DNA of 64,000 bases from Octopus sinensis (GCF_006345805.1 NC_043012.1:52638001-52702000), one strand, 5' to 3'; shown: positions 27,046 through 41,460, counted from the stretch's first letter. The notes: a model not told the origin generated them from the sequence alone. Numbers and translations: made by a program.

Positions 27046-27814
27046 CTTCTCCCACAAAGCAGAGGGACCATGGTGTAACCCACTATGGTGTGGTAAACTT
27101 TCAGACCCTAGTCTAGATTGCGAATCCTCTGTGCCCCAGGATGGTTCAGCTCTTCACCTGTTAAAAAGCCAACGTTTACGGAATGAGGATAACAACGTAG
27201 CTTTCGCACCAGTGCAACCGCCAGTCCATCGCATGTGGTGGGTGGATCTTCAAGTTGCCACACGCATTCTTAGCAACTTAGAGTAGGTTCGAATTAGAAA
27301 TTATTCTTTGTGGCTAATGGTGTGAGTCCTGACTGGAAGAAGAAGAAGAAGAAGAAGAAGAAGAAGAAGAAGAAGAAACTTAATTCTTGCAACAACGGCA
27401 ACGATGGCAGCTGTAGTTATATTCAAGGGAGTGATGCAGCAAAACTGGTGGTTTTCTTTAATAAAATGTTTCCATGTAAAATCACCTAAGTTTTGATTGT
27501 TATATTTTGTTTGGGGCTTTTTTTTAGTCAGGAAGGAATGTAGAACCCTTGGATCTATTGACTCTCTGAGACAGAGCAAAGAGAGTGAGGAAGGTATTAA
27601 AATGATGATATTAAACCGAATGACGATTTATATCTTTTGGCACCAAAGCCTGCAGCTTTAGGGGCGGAATCAATCATAGTGCTCGGTGGAATATGAACTT
27701 AGGATGTAACGAGCTGTAAGAAAAGCTGCTAAGGATTTTGTCCGGCGCAGTAACGATTACCCCAATTCGCTGCTTTATTTAAACACGTAATATTACTGGT
27801 ACATAAGGGGGCTA

Positions 27815-28225
27815 CCTGGCAGAAACGTTAGCACGCTGGGCGAAATGCTTAGCGGTATTTTGTCTACCGTTACGCTCTGAGTTCAAATTTTACCGAGGTC
27901 GACTTTGCCTTTCATCTTTCAGGTTGGATTAAATAAGTACCAGTTAAGCACTGGGGTCGGTATAATCGGCTTAATCCGTTTGTCTGTCCTTGTTTGTCCC
28001 CTCTATGTTTAGCCCTTTGTGGATAGTAAAGAAATAAGAATCGTTAGCACGCCGGACAAAATGCTTAGCGTCTTTATGCTCCGTTCAAATTTCGCCAAGG
28101 TTGACTTTGCCTTTCATCCTTTCAGAATCGATTAAATAAGTACGAGATGAACACAGGCGTTGCTGTAATCGATTTACCCCTCCTCCGAAATTTGCTGGCT
28201 TTGTGCCCAAACCTGAAACCAATAT
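27815..28225 (+). mobile_element. SINE family B dimer (long unit plus short unit)
   Basis: Junction gaaata|agaatcgttagcacgcc at 28036/28037. Confidence 0.85.
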
Positions 28226-28482
28226 TACTGGGACATATTTTAATGTAACGACGAAGGTGGTTAGAGAAAATTAATATATTAAGGTCAAACTATATTAAGG
28301 ACAAAAAACAGGTGGGTGGGGTATCTCTAGTATTGATGCGAGACATCAAAATAGACGTCTTGCTAAGTTATTAGCGACGTTAAGGTTGTCACTGGTTAAA
28401 TTTTACATACCTATTTCGGTCTGTCTCAAGCGGCTTTCATATCTTCTTTGCAGCAACAGCAAAGAAGATATGAAAAAGAGAG

Positions 28483-28544
<62 letters not shown>

Positions 28545-28737
28545 CGGAGAGAGATAAAGAGAGAGAGAGGGAGAGGAGGAGAGGGAGAGAGCTGTCTATT
28601 TCTGTTCTAATTGCTGAATATAATAAAAGTCACATAAGTAATTCTAATTGCCATTTTCTCAGAGAAAGTTCAGCAGAAATAACCGAATTCATTTAATACT
28701 TCGATTATTATTTTATTCTTCTTTTATTACATATATA

Positions 28738-28768
<31 letters not shown>

Positions 28769-29636
28769 GTCTTTAAGTTGTCGTTGTTGTTGTTATAATT
28801 TTTTTAATATAAACTATATTCAGGAATTGAAGAAGACTCTTCTATATTCCGATTTGTTTTCTCTTTCACATGTCACATGCGATTCGCATGCAGATATGGG
28901 AAAGAGAGAAAGAACAAAAGTTGTAAAGAAAACCAGAAGAAAAGACTGAGCTAGTAAATGCTTCGCCATAACACATCTCTGTGTCAGGTAGTTAAATATA
29001 AAATTGGCTTGCGACAGGAAGGGGTGGAAGTTCAAATGAATTATTTCAATATAAATAATCAAAAGAAAGAAGGAAGAAACAAACAGAGGAATAAAGAGAG
29101 AGAGAGACAGAGAAAGGAAAAGATCTTTGCTCCCGAAACGATATGCTATTGAAAAGAGAATATGAAAGTTGTCAAAAGAAAATTGAAAACCATTTCGCCA
29201 TTTGACAGGCTGTAAAATCCAGGCTGTGTCCCACCAAGCTGGTTTTTCTGTCCTGCTACGTTGATGTCAGCAGGCTTGCTGGGTAGTTCATCAAGAGAGT
29301 AGTTTCTTTTCTCTCTTCCAGGCAGCAACAACTTTAGCCACGGGGATTACAACAAATCGAATTGAAAATGGTTATTTCTGGAAAATTACATATAAGTGGG
29401 TGCGTCTGTGCGTGTCTATGCATGTGTATAAGAGAGAGAAAAAGAGTTTGTGTGTGTGTGTGTGTGTGTGCGTGCGTGTGTGTATATAAACAAATATGCA
29501 CGTGTGTATGTGTTTATGTATATGCGTATATGTGCAAATGTATGTGTGTGGATGAAGACCGATATGCGTGTAAATGTTAAAATATAGGTATATGTAGATA
29601 TGTATGTATGTGTGTGCATGGATACATATGTAAATT

Positions 29637-29668
<32 letters not shown>

Positions 29669-29698
29669 TAATTTACATATATAATATGTATGTATGTA

Positions 29699-29729
<31 letters not shown>

Positions 29730-29744
29730 GAATGTATGTATGTA

Positions 29745-29777
<33 letters not shown>

Positions 29778-31369
29778 TACATATATAATATGTATGTATG
29801 TATGTACATATATATATATATAATATATATGAATGTATGTGTGTATGTATATATATATATATAACATATATATATATACATATATAACATATATATGTGC
29901 GTACACAGGCACATACACACATTCCTTACATATACATACATATGTGTACACACTCGTGTTTTTAGGCATGTATCCATATTGCAGTTCTTTGGATACCTTA
30001 CCTGCAACGCGGTGTCGATTAGAATAACTAATAGCTTTTTACCTCAGGTGAAACGAGATCTTATTGATCTTAGCGTTGCTTCCAATAAGATTGAAAATCG
30101 AACTTTGAAGATTCGAGTTATTTATGTGCAAATAATTTTTGAAAACTATTCCTTTAGCTGCCAGGAAATAGCATTGCATCATAGACATTTTAATCTGAAA
30201 ACGTTGCTTTTACACGTAACACACAGCCATATTGTTTCTGTATCTCTTATGTTATCACAGGAGAGATTGCTCTAGATTTAAAGAAATACAACTCGTTCAA
30301 TATACCCTCTCCACCCACCTTTTCATTCTTTCTATTCCTATTCTATTCCATTATATAATTGGAAGAAATAGAAATATGTGAAACAATATTAATCAAAATG
30401 TTAACGGTTGAAAAAGAAAGGAAATTGTTTCTCTTCAGAAGTGGCCAGTAATTGACTATATTTTCGAACTACTAACTATTATAGTTAACAGTATCTAAGA
30501 GAAATTCTTTTACTATATGGACCTATTTGTGTCAGTGTATTTCAAAAGCATTTCGTTTTTCGTTTAACTGATTTCGTTTCATCGTTTAGCTCTTATTATT
30601 ATTTCGCCCCTGGGTAACTCCGATCAACCAAACTAATGATCAAAGGATTTCAGCTATGATTATCCCGTTTCATTTTAAAACACTATATCCAGGATTACGT
30701 CATTCAATGTCCTTCCTTGTTTTACAATGTTGAGATGTGACTTCATAAGTAATTCGGCTGTTATTTCTAAAATTATGTCACAGTTCTACATCGACTGGTA
30801 GCTGCTAATCAAAACCGAATGAAGATGTTGTATCATCCGTTATAAAGATAACAAATCAAACGAAACCATGAATTAACAAAAGGTATCTTGCAAGGGGATG
30901 AGATGTCGAGGGGATGGTCTTTGTCCTTGTGTTAAACCCGTTAACATAACAGCTCACAATATGCAGAGTTTATAGAAATGAATAGCTTGAGTCTAGAAAT
31001 ATATGTCTTTCCTTCACTGAGACTTATTGAATTCGTATCGTTCAAGTATGAACGACTTAAAAAAAGCCAATTAGATTCCATTGCTCAATGTTCCACAGAA
31101 TGAATTTATGGAACTCCATATATAAGTCGAACAAAACTTGTTTACCCGCTCCAAAATCCTATATACGAAAGGCTTAACAATACAACTGTTTCATCCATAT
31201 AAGAACTTCAAATATCTTAAACATTAATAAGAGAGAGTAATAAATAAATTCATCAAGAGAGTGAGAGATAAGTTTAGAAGAACACGCATATTGCTTGTAA
31301 TAACATTTTAGTGCCTATCCTGACACCTACACTAGGGGTTCTGTACTGGCCACGATAACAACGTAAAGA

Positions 31370-31800
31370 GATGAATGTCAGAACTGAGAAACTCAATGTT
31401 ACTGGAAATTTCTACAATAATGCAAATGTGGACAGATTATATTTTACCATGAGAGGGGGATTATGACTTTGGATTTATATCATGGGCAAAAGAGACTTGC
31501 ATTCAAACACTAAAGAAATACATTTAATGGCGTTATATCAATTTATCAGCTACCTCATAGAGTTTTGTGAACTCGAAATTAAAAACTTAATTAATATTGC
31601 TAATAAACTGCTTGAGAAACAAGGCGAAATAAGAAAAACACAAATCTATCAGAGAAACGAAGGAAAAATAACCCCATTTACTGAGAAGGTTCTTCGTGAT
31701 ACTTGAAATGGAAAAGCTCGAAGTATAGAGATTACAGTACACATAAACAGGCTGGAGTAAAGTTCTGAGAAGTATATAACGTCTCTACATGAAAATTACC
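31370..31800 (+). mobile_element. Highly degenerate R4/Dong-like relic
   Basis: NANVDRLYF motif resembles DRLYLPR of the copies near 14350 and 15660; otherwise weak. Confidence 0.3.
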
Positions 31801-33479
31801 AAAATTCAATTCAGAAGCAAGAAATCACTAGTATGTACTATCCGCAAAAATTATAAAAATCACCAATGACAAGAAATGTAGGCCACGTAAAACCAAATTG
31901 AAGACATTAACTACAACAATAACAACTACAACACAGATGATTGATTGACCCACTCTATTTCTTAGTGATAGATAAATCTTTAAACTATGATTAAACCTTA
32001 AATATATGTTTACATTTACTTTTTTTATCAGTAGTGTGTGTTTTAATGCAGATATACGAAACTAAAATATAAACCAATTTAAAAAATAAGCAGAAAGAAT
32101 TCAATTTTAAAACAGATATTGCCCCAAATCATTCTAGAAGGCAGCGGCTAAAAGACAACTTGATAGCTCGACATTAATTATTTGTTAGTGAGGCGATGGG
32201 AGGGCGGCTAAAAATGAACAGAATCTATAATTATCATGAAAATGCTAACGAGGTTGTTTCCCTCTTTATCTAATCATCTTTTGTATTTAAACGTTAGCGT
32301 TCAGTAAAATATTTTTCCAATGTCAAGAATTTGAACATTGGTGTAATTTTAGTCGTGTGGTTAAGAAATTTGCTTTACAATAATGTGGTTGCGATATTTA
32401 TCTTACTGTGCGGATCATTGAGCAACTGTCTTCTAGTATATTACTACTGCTTAGACTTCGGCAATGTCTTTTTGGTGGTACTAATTATCTAATTATTCTT
32501 CCTCTGAAGAAGGAGATGTTTTCTAGCAAAGATACGAAGCTTCATCGTTGGAATGTAAACAACGAAAATAATGTCACATTTTATACTTCAGAAAAGTCTT
32601 GTATATTTTTACTATTCTACTTACAGCTTGTATTTGTAATGCACGAGTCAGTCGGTTGATTTCCTTTTCTGAAAACATTAGCTTATCCTCATTATCACTT
32701 GGGCATTATTCACAAAATAAAGTACATACAGATGTCGTGCTTTGGTGATATTTTGGGACAGCTGTATATCACATGCCTGGTGTATTTCACAGCAATATGA
32801 TATAATCTTCACTTTCGGTTGAATCTTGGAGCTTCAAGGGCTTCATTGTCACATCTGTTTATTAGGTATTTCGTAGCGATCTCCTCCTATTGGAATGCAA
32901 ATACATAGCTCTCATTGCAAGATGTGATGTAGCGGTCACAAGTATGTATATATGTATGTATGTCATTTTTCAGTTTAATTCCAAGATTTCTTGCCAGTAG
33001 AGAAAGAGCCGATTTGGTGGAACAAATAATAATTATATAATTAAAACAGAAGAGAATATATATATACATACATACATATATATATACTTCTATTATACTC
33101 TTATTCTATGTTTCAGTCCCGTGTGTGCGTGTGTGTGTGGTGTGTGTGTGTGTTGATTTATTAAATCATTTTTCCTTCGAGAGAAGCCAAATTTCTGCAA
33201 ATGTTTCCAATTGACAGCAGAACTTCCTCGCATAAATTGTTTTGAGCAGATTTAATACTTCATGATAAACAATACCTTTCATATTCCACAAACACACGGA
33301 CGAGCTTGACTAGGTATTTTTTGCGGGTGTAATGGCTTGGGGATGGACTCTCCTTTCTCATCATTGTCTTTGTTCGTCGGAAATCATTAGAAATAACTCA
33401 CGTTTTCTGACATGTGATGATTATATTCAGGAAAGGTTTGGCTGTGCCTTCTCTTCAATGATGAGCAGGGGGCAACACT

Positions 33480-33550
<71 letters not shown>

Positions 33551-33967
33551 GTGTGTGTGTATGTGTGTATGTGTGTGTGTGTATAAGATATCAGATATAT
33601 ATACATATAATATATATATTTATATATATTTTTATTTATGCAGCTGAGGATAGCCCTGCATTTAAATTGAGATAACGATTGCATTTGTCAATTAAATGGA
33701 GCCACTTGAAACGGTCGAACTGCATCATCTCTGTATATTCCGTGGCTTATTTGGAATTTTATTCACCTTATTTAGAAGTTGTACAGATAAGACCGCACTA
33801 AGTTTTCGTGCTTCAACTTAAGTAACTAATTCACCTGAATCTCAATTATATATATATATATGTGTGTTTGTGTGTGTGTGTATCAAATATAATTATATAG
33901 GTGCCCCTTATCCCAAACGGTGCCAAAGTTTGCTCACAATCTAATAACTGAGAGGAGGAAAAATTAT

Positions 33968-34016
<49 letters not shown>

Positions 34017-34034
34017 TATAATATATATATATCT

Positions 34035-34260
34035 GTATATATAAAACTGAGAATGTCTGTGTGCATCACTAAAACTCTAAAAGTACCCAACTGCTTTCAT
34101 TCAAATTTTACACATGCCTTACTTAGGCTCCAGGCAGTGGACACTAAGTAGAGGTCCACTGCCAAATGCGATCCCGAGCAATCTCTTATCTCTTGCATAA
34201 TTTCCGTATTACTTGTCAAAATTGAAACAATCACGTCCCTATTAATATTATATGGGTTCA
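34035..34260. mobile_element. Possible Helitron/HINE-like module
   Basis: tatatataaaactgagaatgtctgtgtg...ttcattcaaattttacaca...cccgagcaa; resemblance only. Confidence 0.3.
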
Positions 34261-34479
34261 ATTTCAATAAATAGTAGTAATTCAGAAATCAAAGGAATTA
34301 CTACTATTTAGCGGTTTGAGTTTAGCTGCTCGTTTTAGTGAGTTGAATGGCCTATTAAGGCTATTCCTTAATATTATTATTGAATGTACAATATATAGTC
34401 AGTTGACTATTTTTTCTTTCTCACTAGACCGCTGGTGGCGAAAAAATTTCTATTGAATTTTTTGCTACCCTTATATTGA

Positions 34480-34583
<104 letters not shown>

Positions 34584-34681
34584 ATATGGATATATATATA
34601 TGGATATATGGATATATATCCATATATATCCATATATATATAGATATATATATATCCATATATATCCATATATATATAACC

Positions 34682-34726
<45 letters not shown>

Positions 34727-34735
34727 TAGCAAAAA

Positions 34736-34773
34736 CTGTCCGACGAACGGGAACGTGAAACTCAGAGTAACAG
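34736..34773 (+). ncRNA. Minimal type I hammerhead-like motif (U4C core variant)
   Basis: Stem I CTGT/ACAG; core CCGACGA; stem II ACG-ggaa-CGT; GAAA; palindromic stem III ACTC-a-GAGT; GUA cleavage triplet. Confidence 0.6.
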
Positions 34774-35034
34774 GTTTTGTTGAATTTTCTGCTGCTTTAA
34801 ATAAAGTATATTACTCTACCACTGGAATTTGAGTACTCTTTTTTCCACCTTGTTTCACATTTATGTGTTTACTCCGGTATATATATATATATACCACTCA
34901 GTATCATCGCATCCGGACGTTAAGAGATGAGGGGTAGATGCTTTATTTTTTCTGTAGTGAATTTTCATTCATGCAAACATAAGTATGTTAATACAGACAG
35001 GCAGACAGACAGACAGACAGATATATATATATAT

Positions 35035-35142
<108 letters not shown>

Positions 35143-35269
35143 TCAAATGAGGATGAATTACTGGTCTGAAACGAAAGCAATTTTTGCCCAAATAAATGTT
35201 TATATAAAGTAATAGAGTTCTACTGCGAATACATTGTGAACTTTCATAAATAAAACTTCACAAAGCATG

Positions 35270-37025
35270 AACGGAAGGACCTAGTGGACTTACAAGAAAA
35301 TACGGATATAAGTATCAGAGAAGCCGATAAATTGAGCACTGTCGTCATCGCGGATAGAAACTACTATAAAGACCTAGCACTTGCAATGCTAGAGGACAAC
35401 TATTATATAAAAGCAACCCGCTACAAACAATCGAAAATAATAGAAGACCCCACAACTCTCTAAACAAAAGTATAATAAAGGCTTATCTAGTAAAGAAATT
35501 GACTATATGTGCCACTTCAAATGCTAAACGAGTATTTCTTATTGTTTACCAAAAGTCTGCAAATGCAAAAGGGTAAGTAAATCCCCAGCAAGCAAATAAG
35601 TACAGTTAACACCTCCGGATGATTTAAAACTGAGACCAATCATAGAAGGCCCGGTATGTGAAACACAGACTGAGCAGCTTCGTAGACATCCTCCTAAAAG
35701 CCTTCCTAAAACATATACAGAGCTACATACGAGATTAACAAGACATGCTTTTGGAAGCACTCCGTCGGTTACGACGACGAGGGTTCCGGTTGATCCGAAT
35801 CAACGGAACAGCCTGCTCGTGAAATTAACGTGTAAGTGGGTGAGCACTCCACAGACACGTGTACCCTTAACGTAGTTCTCGGGGATATTCAGCGTGACAC
35901 AGAGAGTGACAAGGCCGGCCCTTTGAAATACAGGTACAACAGAAACAGGAAGTAAGAGTGAGAGAAAGTTGTGGTGAAAGAGTACAGCAGGGATCACCAC
36001 CATCCCCTGCCGGAGCCTCGTGGAGCTTTTTAGGTGTTTTCGCTCAATAAACACTCACAACGCCCGGTCTGGGAATCGAAACCGCGATCCTATGACCGCA
36101 AGTCCGCTGCCCTAACCACTGGGCCATTGCGCCTCCACAACAAGACATGCTAAATCATCCGCAAAAGCGGTAAATAATCATACAATTTTTACTTCATATC
36201 ATGTTGTCAACTTATACACCAACATTCCCCATAACTATGGAATAACTGCAGTCCATTACTGGTTAAACACCCATCAATCTGAACTTTCAACACGCATAGA
36301 AAAAGAATTTATCATTGACGGGCTCAGATTCATACTTGAAAGCAATTACTTTACCTTCAACGGTTAGGATTACCGCCAAACATCAAAAACGGCGATGGGT
36401 ACGAAAGTAGCCCCAACATACGCCAATATGGTCATGGGATTCCACGTACAAGAGATATACAACCAATCTCTTCTAATATTCCGTGACACATTCCATAGAC
36501 AACTCAAAAACATTTGGAAAAGATACCTGGATGATTGTTTTTTATGGCAGGAAAACATTGACAAGCTAACTGAATTTTAAAACATGTTAAACAACCTAAT
36601 ATCCAATTCACAATGGAGTTTAACCCCAAAGAATTCGCCTTTCTAGATATCCTAATCACAAACCAATATGTGAAAAATAGATACGGACATATTCTACAAA
36701 CCCGCCGACTCCAAACTATACCTTCTTTTTACATCATGTCATCCGAAACACATTAAACCCAACATTCACTTCAACCTGGCAAAAAGAATTTGTACCATAG
36801 TATCAGGACCGTCCAAACGTGAACAAAGACTAGAGGAACTGAAGGAAACACTTTTCCAAAGAGCCTTCCCTCCGGGCATAATCACCAACGGAACGAACAA
36901 AACAAAAATGATATCGATGAACTTAGGAAAGTATAAAGCAAAAGAAGGTAAAACATCTTACCAGTTGTGTCAACCTTCAGCCCCAGAAACGCCGGAATAT
37001 TTGATCACATCCACAACCTTGTTTC
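35270..37025 (+). mobile_element. Penelope-like element reverse transcriptase, degenerate, interrupted by SINE-A
   Basis: ISIREADKLSTVVI; LRPIIEGPVCET; VNLYTNIPH; AMGTKVAPTYAN; WKRYLDDCF; FTSCHPKHIKPNIHFNLAKRICTIVS; frameshifts and stops; no endonuclease domain seen. Confidence 0.85.
35750..36138 (-). mobile_element. SINE family A, full length, nested in the Penelope-like RT
   Basis: 13-bp TSD aacaagacatgct at 35737-35749 and 36139-36151. Confidence 0.9.
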
Positions 37026-37870
37026 GCCCCCACATATATGCTAGTATGCATACGTGAGTTTAGTGCGTGTACATGAGCGAACATATGTGCAGCGTATGTT
37101 TTATCCCCACAATAAACACATTCCTATATTCAGTGATACTTATACAGAGATGTATCTGTTTCTCTGCTCTTCATATGTATACATACAAACAAACACACAC
37201 GCACATATACACACATATATATATTTATATATGCATGCATACATACATGCATACAGACATAAATTTAGAAAGCAGTGACAGTTTGTTTGTTTTGAAAGGC
37301 AGGTAAACAAGCATAAAAAGAAATCTGCGGTCAGAAAAAAAATTCCCTGCTGATCTCGCATTTCCTGGCATATGGCTGCTTTCATTAATTACAAGAGAGA
37401 GAACCTTGGAAAACAAGGAGTGGGGAGGGGGTCAAAAGAAAGTAAGAAAGAAAGAAAGAAAGTGAGAGAATAAGGAAAAAAAGAACAAATGTGAGGTAGA
37501 TTGAGAATGCAAGAAGCATTGAGAGGAAAACTTGTCTAAGTGTAGGGGTGCTCAGTTTCTGCTTTAAGACAAGAATTTGCCGTAAGCATCAAGTCACTTC
37601 AGATGTTTTTAGTTGGAATGTAGCCAGACGTGTTTTTTTGTTTTTTGTTGTTTTTTTTTGTTTTAATTGAAGGTTCTGTCTATTGCACCATACCAATGTG
37701 ATGTTTAACCTTGTCACTATTGTTTTTGTTTGTTTGCTTTTTTGGGCTGTTTTTGATGTTTTTAATTTTCTCATCCTTTGTCTTTGTGAAAATATTTTTT
37801 TATTTAGTAGAAAATGTCGTAGCGTTGAATATATTTATTAACATTATTCTTGTTGTTATTATTATTATTA

Positions 37871-37927
<57 letters not shown>

Positions 37928-38359
37928 TATTATTATTATGATTACTGATACCCCTGTGGCAAATGAAAATTTATTATTATTATTATCATCATCATCATCA
38001 TCATTATGAAAGGTATTTTTTCCATTTTATTTGTGCTTTTGCCGTTGATTTTTGTTGTTTACGGGGTCTGAGACTCGGCTGGATACCCGTTCGCTTTTTA
38101 TGTCGATTTTGTTCTAGATGTTGTTTGTTATTTTATGTTTGCGTAAACAAACGCCTTCGAAAAATTCTTGTCAGATTCCTTGCCTACGAACATCATTGCA
38201 GTTTCGCTATCCGCCCAGTGTTGCATGTACGTCTATACGTGTTAGATTACATAAAAAAGAATAACATAACGGCGGTGATCTGGGATAAAGTTTTGTGGCA
38301 CACTAGCAGGCATAAGCAGTCGATACTCAGAATGAAATAATTGAAGTGCATTGGTTTTA

Positions 38360-38575
38360 TTGATTTCAAATTTCGGGACAAGGCCTGTAATATCCGGGGA
38401 GGAGGAAGTCGATTATATAGACCCCTTTGTTCAACTTGTACTTATTATATGGACCTCGCAAGGATGAAATGCAAAGTCGACCCTCAGTGGAATTTTGAAC
38501 TCAGAACTGAAGACGGACGAAATTCTGCTTAGCATTTTGTCCGGAATACTGACGATTTTGCCAGCTCGTCGCCTT
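38360..38575 (-). mobile_element. SINE family B, short form, diverged
   Basis: aggatgaaatgcaaagtcgacc...tttgaactcagaac...gccagctcgtcgcc. Confidence 0.65.
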
Positions 38576-39642
38576 GTGCAATGGTAATATTTTCATGGAA
38601 GTTATAGAAACCTTCCATACCATTAAACTGGCAGTCTAAATGCTTTGCAGTATTTTCTCCATCTATACTTTCTGGCTTGAAATTCCGGCCAGTTCATCGT
38701 TGCTTTCTTTCTTCCAAAGTCGTTAAAATACGTACCAGTTAAACACTGGCATCGATCTAACCAACAAAATGTCAGGTCTTGTGGCTATAATAAAAATAAT
38801 TATTTCTTTCTCATTAAGGGCAGTGAGCTGCTCTGAGCGTCGGACAACACACTTTGCGGCATTTCTTGCAGCTTTTCAAGTTGAGTTCAACATACACCGT
38901 GATTACTTTTACATTTCATTCTTCCAGAGTAATAAATTAAAGTACCAGCCAGGTGCTCGGATTGACTGTATCTTCCAACCTCCAATTCTTTAAAAAAAAT
39001 CACTGGCCTTGTGCTTAAATTAAAAACCGTTATTTCTTGTTCATTGGTTATTCTAACACAGCTATTAACAGATACTCTTATTCTTCCCTCATTAATCTGT
39101 CAACTGCAAATACTCTTTTATGCTATACTATTTACTCTTTATTCTCACTAGTTACTCTTCCTTAGACATTACGTAATACTCAACGTAATACTCCACTACA
39201 GATATTAACCTATACTCCGATTACTTCATCCGCATTAATTGCTCTGCCGTACTTATTGGAGTACACTCCTTGCTCTTTTCTCTTCATTAATTACGACGCT
39301 TTTAACCGATACTCTTCATGGTTTCCTCCTTATTAATCACTCTACAGCAGATATTAATCAGATATCAATCCTTCTCAATCTATCTCATCAAGTACTCTAC
39401 CACAAATATTAACTTATTCTCCAAATATTACCTACCATTGATAATAAATTGTATTTGTGTATGCGTGCATGTATGTGTGTATGTGAGTGTATATGTTTGT
39501 GTGTGTGAATGTCTGCTGTGACTGTATGTGTGTGTGTGTGTGAGTGTGTAGGAATGTGCAAACATATGTTTGTGCGAGTATATATTTACTGTGCATGTCT
39601 GTGAGTGATTAATAAATTCGTCATTAATATATTCCAGTGTTC

Positions 39643-40615
39643 GGGCGGCGAGCTGGCAGAACCGTTAGTACGCCGGGCGAAATGCTTAGAGGAATTTCGT
39701 CTGACGTTACGTTCTGAGTTCAAATTCCGCCGAGGTCGACTTTGCCTTTCATCCTTTCGGGGTCGATTAAATAAATACCAGTTACGCACCGGGGTCAATG
39801 TAATCGACTTAATCCGTCTGTCTGTCCTTGTTTGTACCCTCTGTATTTAGCCCCTTGTGGGTAGTAAAGAAATAGGTACTTCGTCTGCCGTTATGTTCTG
39901 AGTTCAAATTCCGCCGAGGTCGACTTTGCCTTTCATTCTTTCGGGATCAATTAAATAAGTACCAGTTACGCACTGGGGTCGATGTAATCGACTTAATCCC
40001 TTTGTTTGTGATTGCTTGTCCTCTCTGTTTGGCCCCTTGTGAGTAGTAAAGAAATAGGTATTTTGTATGCCGTTACGTTGTGAGTTCAAATTCCGCCGAG
40101 GTCGACTTTGCCTTTCATCATTTCGGGGTCGATAAATTAAGTACCAGTTACTCACTGGGGTCGATGTAATCGACTTAATCCCTTTGTCTGTCCTTGTTTG
40201 TCCTCTCTGTGTTTAGCCCCTTGTGGGTAGAAAATAAATAGGAATTTCGTCTGCCGTTACGCTCTGAGTTCAAATTCCGCCGAGGTCGACTTTGCCTTTC
40301 ATCTTTTCGGGGTCGATAAATTAAGTACCAGTCACGCACTGGGGTCGATGTAATCGACTTAATTCCTTTGTCTGTCCTTGTTTATCCCCTCTATGTTTAG
40401 CCCATTGTGTGCAATAAAGAAATAAGAATCATTAGCACGCAGGGTAAACGCTTAGGGGCAGTTCGTCCGTCTTTGCGTTCTGTGTTCAAATTCCTTCGAT
40501 GTCGTCATCTTTCATCTTTTCGGTGTTAATGAAATAAGTTCCAGTTGAGCTCTGAAGTCAAAATAATCGACTTTACCCCCTCTCCCGAAATTGCTGGCTT
40601 CGTGCCGAATTTGAA
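39643..40615 (+). mobile_element. Head-to-tail pentamer of SINE family B
   Basis: Units 39643-39874, 39875-40056, 40057-40240, 40241-40424 (long tails) and 40425-40615 (older, short tail). Confidence 0.9.
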
Positions 40616-41261
40616 ATAAATATGCACCATCGTCAGCTGCCACATCCTCGCTAATTAGATGTTTCATTATCACTTGACAAACGTGACTAAACCTGTTAGA
40701 AACAGCACTTAAATAAATCCCCCACCAAATGACACTCCACTGACGTAAAGGTTAAAAGTAAAGAACACATTCAGTGATGTATTCCGATGTATATTGTGCC
40801 TGAAAAATATATCGGCTGTTCACAACTAGAGTTCCTTTGATTGGAGCAACAACTACAATAAGAACAAGTCGATATTTAGAAACCAATATTTTAGAACTTT
40901 GAAGAATATCTTTAGCGAAAGATATTCTCGAAAAAAAATATATATATATCTTTAGCGAAAGAATATTCTCGAGAAGATATATATATATAAACAGTAATAT
41001 TATAATGCTCTGTCTGATATATTTGGGTTGTTGTTTAGCCCCCAGTCTGCTTTGATAAAAAAGACTAACTGGGTTGGAATTACTTTGATCATAAGATGAA
41101 AGATATTCTAGTCATGTGTGTCTCAACTATGATTCGGGTACAGTGTCACGCTGACTATATTATCTTTTTTATGTTGCTTCTTTGATATGTATGAGTGCCT
41201 GTGTGAGAGAGAGCGCGTGTATATGTGTGTGTGTGTGTGTCTGTGTGTGTGTGTGTGTGTA

Positions 41262-41460
41262 GGAGCGGCCATGACTGTATGGTTAAGGAGCTCAATTTCC
41301 AATCACATGATTTCCGGTTCGATCCCATTATGCGGTACCTCTGGCAGAGAACTTCTATTATGGACCTGGGCGGAACAATGTCTCAGTGAATTTTGTCGAC
41401 AGAAACTGTGGAAACCTGTCATGTGTGTGTGTGTGTGTGTGTCCCACCACCACTGCTTAG
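41262..41460 (+). mobile_element. SINE family C, 5' part
   Basis: ggagcggccatgactgtatggttaaggagc...ggttcgatccc...gtgaattttgtcgacagaaactgtggaaacctgtc plus (GT)n. Confidence 0.6.

Noticed and set aside
28821-29340. Possible short host exons after ttcag (about 28825) and tgacag (about 29208)
   Set aside because: Open frames are short, resemble no protein I recognise, and have no supporting neighbouring exons; RNA-seq or a protein search would be needed.
39643-40615. Regular array that could suggest CRISPR or a satellite
   Set aside because: Units are about 183-bp SINE bodies with no unique spacers; eukaryotic context and no cas genes.
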